Assembly (NCBI GenBank): GCA_902602795.1
Contig: CACKSF010000001.1
Span: 5,601 to 69,600 of the forward strand
Direction: 5' to 3'
Length of the DNA: 64,000 bases
Origin: an uncultured Fidelibacterota bacterium
GTDB lineage: Bacteria > Fidelibacterota > Marinisomatia > Marinisomatales > UBA1611
The notes beneath the pieces are model-generated. The model was not told the origin of the DNA, ran no database searches, and saw nothing but the letters and a program-made list of their open reading frames with translations. Of the stretch, positions 54,411-62,568 are shown one piece after another. Position 1 is the first letter of the stretch; every line of letters begins with the position of its first letter. A program made the position numbers and the translations under genes.

Positions 54411-56057
54411 TTGAGTAATCAAAGATACAATTCCCTTGATGGTATGCGAGGCATATTGATGCTTTTGGGTGTTTACTTTCATTTAGCAATCAATTATATT
54501 GGAGAACCGCCAGGTGGGCATCCATTCTTTGGATTGTTCATGTACTTATGTCATTACTTTAGGATGCATGCTTTTTTCCTTGTGTCTGGTTTTTTTGGAG
54601 CTCTTCTCGTAAATCGAAGGGGAGCAAAAGAAATGATAAAAAACCGAATTAATAGAGTTCTTTATCCTTTATTAGCGCTTTCATATCCTATTTGGCTTTT
54701 CGTTGTATTCAGTGGTGACTTTTCGCTAAATCGGCAACAAGGTAACAACATAACTAACTCAATTATTTCAGGATTGTGGGTTTTTGTTGAAACCCCTACT
54801 AATTTGATTCCTGAGACTACTATGCACTTATGGTTTTTGAGTTTGTTATTCGGGATGTCTTTGCTAGGATATTTTTTCAGTAAGTATTCATTCGTTAGTG
54901 TGGATATTTTTAAAATCTTCGTTAAGAATATTTTTGAAAAACCCTGGTTGGGAACATTTTCATTTTGTTTTTTTTATGGATTATTACTTGCCATATTAGA
55001 TATTCAAGAAGCGCAAGGTGATGAAGGAGTAGGCTACTCTAGTTGGGTTTGGTTCATTAAACCTAGTGCTATCAAAACTTTTATTGCATTTGGATTTTTC
55101 TATCTAGTAGGATGGAAAATGTATTATTGCAGAGAACAATTAAATAGCTTAAGCGTTAAAAAATATTTGAAAATCTTTGCTGTACTCTTCCTTCTCATTT
55201 TTCCAGGATTTACAACATTGCTGTTTAAAATAGGAGGTTATAGTCAGTTCGAAATATTTAATGAGTTTTGGAGCCAAGAAAAAAGGGAAGTTACGTTTAA
55301 TGTGGACATGTCTCCTTTTGATTTTACACAGTTTGCGGATAGTTCTAAATTTAAAGGAGTTTATTTAAATGGTAGTTTTAATGGTTGGTGTGGAGAATGT
55401 GATAATAAAATGGATGACGTGGATGGTGATAATATTTTTTCTAAAACTATTTTACTCAATCCTGGATCTCATAACTTTGTATTTTCGGTAAATGGTTGGG
55501 ATGGTTTTCACAAAGGTGATCGAAGAGGAATAGGAGAAAAGTGGGTGTCTCCGGGTGATAAAGGGTTTGAATGTGATAAAGACCCTAATTCTGATAATGA
55601 TAATTCATATGAAATTAGATTAATAAATGAGGACTTAATCTTAGAACCAATTTGTTGGAAAGAATGTACTGATTGTGATGGAAATTATATTTCTAAAATT
55701 GATGTAAATAGACCTTGGCCTCCGTTTGAAAGGATTGTAATTGAAAAAGGTTTTATTTTCGCAATGAACTTTTTAGTTCCCTCTACAGTTATGTTGATTA
55801 TGACTCTGTTTATTCGATTTTGTGGTCAACCCTCAAAAAGGCTTCGTTACATTAGCGACTCATCGTATTGGGTTTATGTAATCCATTTACCTTTAGTCTT
55901 TTTTATTCCTGCCTTTTTTCATCAAAGTGAAATGAACTTATTAATTAAGTTTATAATTAATTCTGTAATAGTTACAGCAGTATGTTATTTATCTTATCAC
56001 TTTTTAGTAAGGAAAACATTTATTGGCAAGTTTCTTAATGGAAGAAAATTTGATTAG
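54411..56057 (+). CDS. acyltransferase-3 family membrane protein with an inserted carbohydrate-binding-like beta domain
   Basis: N-terminus YNSLDGMRGILMLLGVYFH (acyltransferase_3), ~8 TM helices, a soluble insertion EVTFNVDMS...GVYLNGSFNGWCGEC..DGDNIFSKTILLNPGSHNFVFSVNGWDG, then more TM helices. TTG start. Confidence 0.65.
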   Translation: MSNQRYNSLDGMRGILMLLGVYFHLAINYIGEPPGGHPFFGLFMYLCHYFRMHAFFLVSGFFGALLVNRRGAKEMIKNRINRVLYPLLALSYPIWLFVVFSGDFSLNRQQGNNITNSIISGLWVFVETPTNLIPETTMHLWFLSLLFGMSLLGYFFSKYSFVSVDIFKIFVKNIFEKPWLGTFSFCFFYGLLLAILDIQEAQGDEGVGYSSWVWFIKPSAIKTFIAFGFFYLVGWKMYYCREQLNSLSVKKYLKIFAVLFLLIFPGFTTLLFKIGGYSQFEIFNEFWSQEKREVTFNVDMSPFDFTQFADSSKFKGVYLNGSFNGWCGECDNKMDDVDGDNIFSKTILLNPGSHNFVFSVNGWDGFHKGDRRGIGEKWVSPGDKGFECDKDPNSDNDNSYEIRLINEDLILEPICWKECTDCDGNYISKIDVNRPWPPFERIVIEKGFIFAMNFLVPSTVMLIMTLFIRFCGQPSKRLRYISDSSYWVYVIHLPLVFFIPAFFHQSEMNLLIKFIINSVIVTAVCYLSYHFLVRKTFIGKFLNGRKFD

Positions 56058-56153
56058 ATGTAAAATGTATATTTTACAAATAAATCTAAAATTAATAACG
56101 ATAGATGATGTTCAATTAGTCTGATTTCTAAACTGCCATCATCTTATATTTTA

Positions 56154-56198
56154 TTAATCCTCATTCCCTACAAAGTATTTGAAAAGAAAATCCAAAGT
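56154..56198 (+). repeat. repeat C2
   Basis: TTAATCCTCATTCCCTACAAAGTATTTGAAAAGAAAATCCAAAG. Confidence 0.7.
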
Positions 56199-56206
56199 TT
56201 TTAATT

Positions 56207-56228
56207 CTTGTGGCGATGGTTAGATTTA
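56207..56228 (+). repeat. junction repeat A, right half only
   Basis: TTGTGGCGATGGTTAGATTTAA directly after C2. Confidence 0.6.
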
Positions 56229-56274
56229 AATATGAAAAACACAAAGTTAGTAATAGGAGTAGTAGAATTTTTAT

Positions 56275-56320
56275 AAGCCCCACATTCGTGGGGTTTTTTG
56301 GGAGGATGATGGTTAAATTA
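56275..56320 (+). repeat. junction repeat A7
   Basis: AAGCCCCACATTCGTGGGGTTTTTTGGGAGGATGATGGTTAAATTA. Confidence 0.8.
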
Positions 56321-56336
56321 AAATTATCTGGTCATT

Positions 56337-56610
56337 ATGAAAAAACTTATCATTAATTATATTTTCATTACTTTTTGCTTGTAACGGTTCTAAACTTGTT
56401 AATGTATTAAATTTTGTTGAAAGAGGGGGATTGACCTATTACTATAAATATTATTTTTTTAAAGAACACGATGTATAGATCTCCAAAATTTCTTTAGCAG
56501 AAAAGCTATTAAGTATTGGCTAACGGGTGAAGTTCAGCTGGAAGGAATATTTAAAAATGGGAACACCGAGGGGACATCGAAATATTGTTCTCTGAGGAGC
56601 GAAATAAGGG
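56337..56610 (+). pseudogene. decayed YwqK/MORN-variant-repeat lipoprotein gene
   Basis: MKKLIINYIF.. signal, then a frame change to ..LLFACNGSKLVNVLNFVERGGLTYYYK.., stops, then ..LTGEVQLEGIFKNGNTEGTSKY in another frame. Confidence 0.4.
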
Positions 56611-56632
56611 TTCGAATCTCTTCCACTCCGCA
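56606..56632 (+). other. orphan tRNA-like 3' fragment (T-arm + acceptor 3' strand)
   Basis: AAGGG-TTCGAAT-CTCTT-CCACTCC-G; no matching 5' acceptor or anticodon arm upstream. Confidence 0.5.
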
Positions 56633-56845
56633 CCCTATTTTATAGGTTTCCGCTCTAAAAACTGATCATCATTACATTTTTGATTCTCATTTACTTTATG
56701 AGAATCTATTTTAATCGGGAAAATTGCGACCCTCCTTCTTTTTCGACATTTTCGAGGACTTAGATATAAACAGAAAAACTAATCCAAATTCATAAGTCAG
56801 ATAATGCACATCAAGGAGTTTTTTTATTTTTGAGAAAAAGAAAAT

Positions 56846-57379
56846 CTATTTTATAAAAGAAGGATTATTTTCATCAGATTTTATCCAATCATTTACCCAT
56901 GTTGGTAATTTAGCCTTTGGGATATTAAAATTAAAAATCTTTGAGGCTTCTACAGATTTAATCAATTTACCATTTTTAACGACCCCTGTCCTTGCTAATA
57001 AAGTTGAAGTAATTTGATTTTTAACAATGAATTTATGTAGATAATATGTCCACTTATCATCTACATAAATGATTTTTGTTGTCATTTTAAATTTTTCACC
57101 AAATGGAATTCTGTAACGATACTTAATTGAAGCCCCAGCGACGGTAAAATAGATTTTATTTTTTTTTGCTGTACTAAAAAAACCCGTTCTAAAACCGTGA
57201 TTAAATCTTCCTATATCAGCTAGAGTTTGGTAGCGACCATTATTTATTTCCAAATATGGATCTATGTCTGAAATACCACATCTCATTGAAAGAGAAGTCT
57301 CATCTTCAATTTTTACTTTTTTTGTAAACCTTGATGCAAAATAAGCTTGTAATAGAATGAAAAATGGATAATTAAACAT
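56846..57379 (-). CDS. hot-dog-fold acyl-CoA thioesterase-like protein
   Basis: ..RCGISDIDPYLEINNGRYQTLADIGRFNHGFRTG..FTVAGASIKYRYRIPFGEKF resembles the 4HBT_2 thioesterase family. I prefer the Met start at 57379 to 57463. Confidence 0.55.
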   Translation of the reverse strand: MFNYPFFILLQAYFASRFTKKVKIEDETSLSMRCGISDIDPYLEINNGRYQTLADIGRFNHGFRTGFFSTAKKNKIYFTVAGASIKYRYRIPFGEKFKMTTKIIYVDDKWTYYLHKFIVKNQITSTLLARTGVVKNGKLIKSVEASKIFNFNIPKAKLPTWVNDWIKSDENNPSFIK

Positions 57380-57564
57380 TTTTTTGTTTTTGAAAATTAA
57401 TTTAAAATTTAAAGTATTTATTGATATTGGTATTAATATTACAAAAACACAAAATACTTTCATTAAATATTAAAGAAAATAAATAGTATTAATAAAATAA
57501 AAATTAAAAAGTCAATTTAGGGGAAACTAGGTATTTTATTTAAATAGAAATATCTTTGTGTATC

Positions 57565-57614
57565 AAGCCCCATATTCGTGTAGTTTTTTATTTGTAGGTT
57601 GATGGGTAAATTTT
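57565..57614 (+). repeat. junction repeat A8
   Basis: AAGCCCCATATTCGTGTAGTTTTTTATTTGTAGGTTGATGGGTAAATTTT. Confidence 0.75.
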
Positions 57615-57626
57615 AAAGTGCTTTTT

Positions 57627-59021
57627 ATGCAAAAAAACATGCCATTATTTATATTTTTTGTATTTTCCAATTATTTAATGGCTGAATGTTCAGATCTTGA
57701 TTCATTACAATGCGTCCAGTATCCTGAGTATTGTAGTTGGGATCAAAATCTTCATCAGTGTCGGGACGTTACTGTTGATACATTGGGTTTTAATTACGAT
57801 TGCATTCCATTTAATGACTTTAGCTCAATTCCTATAAATACTACTGATTACGCTGAAATGTGTATCGATTATGTTGGATTACCTCCCAGTGTTGATTGTG
57901 GAGAAGGTGTACCTATTCCTGTTTATGTTGATGGCATATCTATGAATGTTGATCAACCACAAGGAGAATGCGATCATCCAGATTTCAAGGGTGGTTGTTT
58001 CGTTGGCTCTAGAGTTGGAAGGGTGCAAGGTATAGATATTGATGGTGAGCATATGCCTGAAGTCATTTGGGTATATTTTTGTCGTTCTGCTGGTCAGGAA
58101 TATTTCAATGAATATGGCATTGTTTCTGTACAAATGATAGGATATAATACAGAAACAGGAGCAACTTGTTTTTTTGAGTCACCAGACGCTGTTGGTGATA
58201 TGATTCAGTCAGAATATTTAGAATTTGATGAAAATGGTTTATTAGATGGAGAATTGCCTGGTTATGGTAATCCTTGGTTTGATGAGGCATGGCATTCCCC
58301 GGCTGTTTCTCAAGCAAATTGTATATCTTGTCATACAAGCGACCCTTTTGTTCATGACCCTTGGATTGACCAAGCTAAATTACCAAGTGACCCTACACAA
58401 ACAGTGGTTCCTAAACTGGAATCTTCAGATTTACTATATTTTGCGGTTGGAGGATATGGAAGCCAATGGGATAACAGAAGCATACATGTTGAGGGCAATC
58501 AATGTTTGAGTTGTCACAGATCCAATATGATACTTGCTTATGAAAACTTTGAAGCTTTAGGTCATGTAATGATAAATGATTTTATGCCACCACATCAACC
58601 AGGGGCCCTTTCTGATGACTATAACGAACTTATTCAATGCTGGATTAATGGACCAGAAAATACAGATGGATGCGATTGGATAATTCCTCCGGGAGGAGAT
58701 TGTGAAACTCAGGTGCTATCTATCCAAAACGATCATATCAGAAATAATTTCTTTCTCCATCAAAATTATCCAAACCCATTTAATCCTTTTACTATTTTAC
58801 GATACGACTTACTAGAAGATGGGTTAGTAAATATCACTGTTTACGATATACTTGGCAATGTAATTAATCAGTTGGTAAATGAGGTTCAACATTCTGGCTA
58901 TAAGTCCATTCAATGGAATGCAACCAATAATCAAGGTCAGCCTGTATCTGCAGGAGTCTATTTATATACTATAGAAGCAGGAGATTTTAGACAGACCAAG
59001 AAGATGATATTGTTAAAATAG
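57627..59021 (+). CDS. secreted di-haem c-type cytochrome-like protein with T9SS sorting domain
   Basis: Signal MQKNMPLFIFFVFSNYLMA; two CxxCH motifs (NCISCHTSDPF, QCLSCHRSN). C-terminus NYPNPFNPFTILRYDL...GVYLYTIEAGDFRQTKKMILLK. Confidence 0.7.
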   Translation: MQKNMPLFIFFVFSNYLMAECSDLDSLQCVQYPEYCSWDQNLHQCRDVTVDTLGFNYDCIPFNDFSSIPINTTDYAEMCIDYVGLPPSVDCGEGVPIPVYVDGISMNVDQPQGECDHPDFKGGCFVGSRVGRVQGIDIDGEHMPEVIWVYFCRSAGQEYFNEYGIVSVQMIGYNTETGATCFFESPDAVGDMIQSEYLEFDENGLLDGELPGYGNPWFDEAWHSPAVSQANCISCHTSDPFVHDPWIDQAKLPSDPTQTVVPKLESSDLLYFAVGGYGSQWDNRSIHVEGNQCLSCHRSNMILAYENFEALGHVMINDFMPPHQPGALSDDYNELIQCWINGPENTDGCDWIIPPGGDCETQVLSIQNDHIRNNFFLHQNYPNPFNPFTILRYDLLEDGLVNITVYDILGNVINQLVNEVQHSGYKSIQWNATNNQGQPVSAGVYLYTIEAGDFRQTKKMILLK

Positions 59022-59034
59022 AAATATTTTAAAC

Positions 59035-59140
59035 GCAAAACTCTATATTAGTGTTTTTTTGTTTGTGTTAATCTTAATTCCTCAAAAAGTATTTAAAAGA
59101 AAGTCCAAGGTTTGTTGTTTGTGGTATGATTTGTATATTT
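59035..59140 (+). repeat. junction repeat A9 split by repeat C3
   Basis: GCAAAACTCTATATTAGTGTTTTTTTGTTTGTG | TTAATCTTAATTCCTCAAAAAGTATTTAAAAGAAAGTCCAAGGTTTGTT | GTTTGTGGTATGATTTGTATATTT. GTTTGTG is present on both sides of C3 (59068-59116). Confidence 0.75.
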
Positions 59141-59150
59141 TTGTTGAAAA

Positions 59151-59636
59151 ATGTTTAATAAACTTAAGGTGAAGGAATTATCTATGCAAAAAATAAGTAT
59201 AATTATACTAATCTCAACTTTTCTTTTTGGAAGTGATATTAATAAAATAAAAGAAACAATTCATTCCAATTGGGATAAAGTAGCACAAAAAAATGTTACT
59301 GGTTTAATTCATCCTGATGGTAGTTGGATGGCAAATTCTGAAGGAGGATTTTGGAATTTTCAGACAGTGCAAGATAATAAAACATTGATAGAGGATTCGC
59401 CAAATACTTTAAATCTTAAAGCACACCATATCCATGTAGATTTTTATGGATCAAAAAAAGATTTGGCATATGCTGTGTATTATTTATCAGGAAGTATCGA
59501 AAGAGAGGGAAAAGTTATGATTTCAAATTATCGAACTCGTGCATCCAATTTATTAAAAAAAGAGAAGGGTAAATGGCTTACTGTCGGTGCTCATTATAGC
59601 CCTATGCACTCTGGATCTGGTGTAAAATTCGATTAA
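59151..59636 (+). CDS. secreted NTF2/SnoaL-like (DUF4440-like) protein
   Basis: Signal peptide (the true start may be MQKIS at 59184). Alpha+beta cone-like pattern ending ..KEKGKWLTVGAHYSP. Weak family call. Confidence 0.45.
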   Translation: MFNKLKVKELSMQKISIIILISTFLFGSDINKIKETIHSNWDKVAQKNVTGLIHPDGSWMANSEGGFWNFQTVQDNKTLIEDSPNTLNLKAHHIHVDFYGSKKDLAYAVYYLSGSIEREGKVMISNYRTRASNLLKKEKGKWLTVGAHYSPMHSGSGVKFD

Positions 59637-59660
59637 AATATTAAAAAGTAAACACAAAAT

Positions 59661-59712
59661 AAAAACCCCGCATTCGCGGGGTTTTTTGTTAGTGGAATGA
59701 TTGTTAGATTTG
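59661..59712 (+). repeat. junction repeat A10 (perfect hairpin with compensatory changes)
   Basis: AAAAACCCCGCATTCGCGGGGTTTTTTGTTAGTGGAATGATTGTTAGATTTG. Confidence 0.8.
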
Positions 59713-59715
59713 ATA

Positions 59716-60990
59716 ATGAATGAGTCGATAAATATTTTTACTCAAAGATTCAACGATATAAAAATTGAAAACGAGTATTTAGATTTTAAATGGCCGCGAA
59801 TTTGGCCTTATCTTAAAGCTTTTCTATTTTTAACTTTGCTAATTAAAGCATTCGTTATGTTTGAAGACATAAAATTACTTGGATTACAAACACCTTATAT
59901 AATCTATCACATCTTTGATCTTATAATATTTGTTGTTTTCATGTTTATAATATCCAACAATAATAAAAAGAAATACCACCAGATATATATGAGCTTATCT
60001 TGGATAGGATTTATGAATATTGGTACCTGGACATATTACTTTTCACCATTTGATTTTCCTCCAGGAGAAGGAGTAGTAATCACATGCATAATTCTTCCAC
60101 TAACTATTTACCCTTTTCATTTAGTGAACGGGGTTATTTCTGCGTTATTTACATCAATTCCAATTATGGTAATGTTAATTCAAAAGGGAATGATGACCAA
60201 TGATCAAATTACATACCTATTTATTTTGCCTTTAATTTTTATTTTATTTGCCAAAATCAATTTCGAGAATAGATCGAGGAAAGATTTTATTAAAAGCTTG
60301 AAGCTTGATTCGAATAGAAAATTAATGAGACAAACACTAAAACGTTATTTTGGTGAAAATCTAACCAAAAAAATTCTGCACAATCAGGGAGATCTTAAAG
60401 GAGACAACATCTGGATTTCAATATCGTTCACTGATATTTCATCATATTCTACCATTATTGAACACATGTCCCCAGAAATGGTTGTAAGGTTTTTAAATGA
60501 ATATTTCTCTGCTATGCATGACGTTATAGATAAATATAAAGGTCAAATTGTAAACTATATTGGTGATTCGGTTATGGTAGTTTTTGGAGCTCCAAAAAAG
60601 GTAGAGGATCATGAAATAATGTCATTGAAATGTGCTATTGAAATGAGAGAAAAATTAGAAAAATTGAACAGGATTTGGGATGAAACAGAGTTTTCAAGAT
60701 TTTGGAAAAATCATGGTATTGAAAAAATAACTGCGCGCACTGGAATCCATACAGGTAGTGTAATTGCTGGAAATATTGGAAGCGATAGGATGTTACAGTA
60801 TAGTACTATTGGGGATACGGTCAATGTTGCTTCAAGATTAGAGCAGGCCAATAAAGATTTTGAATCTGATATTGCTTTTAGCCATGAAATTTACAATGCC
60901 TTAAACCAAAAATTACATTCAAAAGCTATTTTCCTTGGAGAAATAAAATTAAAAGGGAGAGAAAATGCTACAAAAGTATATTCAGTTTAG
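59716..60990 (+). CDS. membrane-anchored class III adenylate/guanylate cyclase
   Basis: About 6 N-terminal TM helices. Cyclase domain ISISFTDISSYS (metal Asp), NYIGDSVMVVFGAP, RTGIHTGSVIAGNIG, YSTIGDTVNVASRLE. The ATG lies 3 nt after the A10 box; the ORF-track TTG at 59701 lies inside the repeat. Confidence 0.85.
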   Translation: MNESINIFTQRFNDIKIENEYLDFKWPRIWPYLKAFLFLTLLIKAFVMFEDIKLLGLQTPYIIYHIFDLIIFVVFMFIISNNNKKKYHQIYMSLSWIGFMNIGTWTYYFSPFDFPPGEGVVITCIILPLTIYPFHLVNGVISALFTSIPIMVMLIQKGMMTNDQITYLFILPLIFILFAKINFENRSRKDFIKSLKLDSNRKLMRQTLKRYFGENLTKKILHNQGDLKGDNIWISISFTDISSYSTIIEHMSPEMVVRFLNEYFSAMHDVIDKYKGQIVNYIGDSVMVVFGAPKKVEDHEIMSLKCAIEMREKLEKLNRIWDETEFSRFWKNHGIEKITARTGIHTGSVIAGNIGSDRMLQYSTIGDTVNVASRLEQANKDFESDIAFSHEIYNALNQKLHSKAIFLGEIKLKGRENATKVYSV

Positions 60991-61353
60991 ATTATCTAAA
61001 AAAATATAAGAGATTTTTACAAGAATAATTATATAGGAGATGGATTTTTTTTTATAGGACCTCCCATAAATCATTTAATGAGATTAACAACATTATTGTT
61101 CATGGTATTATTATCTTAGTGCTAGACTAATAAAGTAAATCACTTTGAAGTAACAACATAAATTGAAAGTCTATTTTTGACCATGTTAAATCTTGTAGTG
61201 ATGGAGGTATTGAGTTGATCACCGATAATGTATGGGGTAATTAATCAAAAGTTTAAAAGTTAAAACATATTAATTATGACTAAATCCTACAGATCTAAAA
61301 TTTTAATTTTACACCTGTGCCCTATTTTAGGGAAGCATAAAGATTTATAGACC

Positions 61354-61408
61354 AAATACTTTCCATTTATTTGTGAAGTTTTTTGTTTATGAGATGATTG
61401 GTAAGTTT
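61354..61408 (+). repeat. junction repeat A11 (degenerate)
   Basis: AAATACTTTCCATTTATTTGTGAAGTTTTTTGTTTATGAGATGATTGGTAAGTTTT. Confidence 0.6.
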
Positions 61409-61646
61409 TACTTTTAGTTACAATTTCTCTTTCCCGATAGTAATTTTTCCAATGATCGAAACCTTCAGAGCCTATGTTAGAAAGCATATTAAATACTTTT
61501 TTTATATTGCCCTCATATTAGCTATAAAGGAATGGGCAGATTTGTTTAGAGGTGATGAGTTAGATTTATTGAGGTTGATAGGAAACAGTGCGTTAGCATT
61601 TTATTTTTGGGGTTTATCAGTAGGAAAATTTGAATTTAGAGAATAA
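61398..61646 (+). CDS. small two-TM membrane protein
   Basis: The true start is probably the internal Met (MIETFRAYV..). TM helices YFFYIALILAI and ALAFYFWGLSV. Confidence 0.4.
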   Translation: MVSFTFSYNFSFPIVIFPMIETFRAYVRKHIKYFFYIALILAIKEWADLFRGDELDLLRLIGNSALAFYFWGLSVGKFEFRE

Positions 61647-61655
61647 TATTTTAAA

Positions 61656-61931
61656 ATGATTAAAAAAGAATTATCAAATAGATTTAAAAGTCAAATTTGT
61701 TTGGGGTTAGCGTTATTGTTAATAGTTTTGAATTTTATTAGCTCTTTTATTTTAATTGATCCTTATGAGGCCATTAAAGATAATAGCCTTCCATTCATAG
61801 GTGCATTTTTAGGAAGTTATGCCCACTATAGAAAAAAAGATAAAAGCGAGGATTTCACAACTAAAGAAAGACTAATTGGTCTTTTTATAGTTTTTATTTT
61901 AAGTGTTTTATATTTTCAGTTAGTGGGATAA
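61656..61931 (+). CDS. small three-TM membrane protein
   Basis: ICLGLALLLIVLNFISSFILI, LPFIGAFLGSYA, LIGLFIVFILSVLYF. Confidence 0.5.
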   Translation: MIKKELSNRFKSQICLGLALLLIVLNFISSFILIDPYEAIKDNSLPFIGAFLGSYAHYRKKDKSEDFTTKERLIGLFIVFILSVLYFQLVG

Positions 61932-62309
61932 GAAAAAAAGAGATTAGAGCTTCACTACCGTATTATCCCAACGATCTCTGAGGTACCCTTTTTAAAGAAA
62001 TTTTATTGATGGGGAAAATATATAAGACGCGGTTATAAAAAGATATTCCCCCACTAAGCTCTAAAAGTCTTTCTACAAACCTTAGATACATAATTCCATA
62101 CTTTATTCTTAAGCGTTCTTACATGCAATATCTTTTTCATCATTGCAGGAGTAATAAATTTGTTTTCTTTGATAGAGGTGTTTTTTGCAAATATTAAATA
62201 AAGTAATGTTAATGTAGTCATATATTTAAAATTGCGAAATATTCCCCATATTTTTCAAAATGAATGTACCATTTGCTACTTTAAGTAAATGAGGTAAAGG
62301 TGCTAATAA

Positions 62310-62346
62310 CCAAGTGAATAGTTTTCTTGGATTTTTTTGTTTGTGT
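62310..62346 (+). repeat. junction repeat A12, left half ending at GTTTGTG
   Basis: CCAAGTGAATAGTTTTCTTGGATTTTTTTGTTTGTG, followed directly by C4. Confidence 0.65.
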
Positions 62347-62395
62347 TAATTCACACCCTATACACAAAGTATTTGAAAGGATAATTCGAAGTTTC
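62347..62395 (+). repeat. repeat C4 (short form)
   Basis: TTAATTCACACCCTATACACAAAGTATTTGAAAGGATAATTCGAAGTTTC. Joins the CACACCCTAT and CAAAGTATTTGAAA segments that are 41 nt apart in C1. Confidence 0.65.
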
Positions 62396-62568
62396 TTTTA
62401 TATAAAGAATGTTTAGCAGATTTTATTTATTTTTTGTCAAAGGCTGAATACAATTCAAATTTAATCAATTGAATAGATATAATTATTAATCCTCTACTTA
62501 AAATTTAGGCGCGAGTTGCGTATGTATGTGGCACAAGTGTTATAGAGTAAATTTATCAACACTTTATT

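Noticed and set aside
61287-61487. 66-aa ORF on the - strand
   Set aside because: It spans junction repeat A11 and overlaps the 5' end of the + strand membrane-protein gene; likely a chance ORF.
42736-62395. Junction repeats as a CRISPR array
   Set aside because: Spacing is 0.25-2 kb and irregular. The intervals contain real protein-coding genes with signal peptides and domains, the repeats diverge substantially, and no cas genes are present.
42736-62395. Junction repeats as classical integron attC sites
   Set aside because: There is no RYYYAAC/GTTRRRY inverse-core/core pair (the conserved heptamer is GTTTGTG). The only palindrome is a 6-10 bp terminator-like stem, which is too short for the R''-L''/L'-R' architecture. 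No IntI-type integrase with an adjacent attI/Pc is visible. I keep only the architectural analogy.
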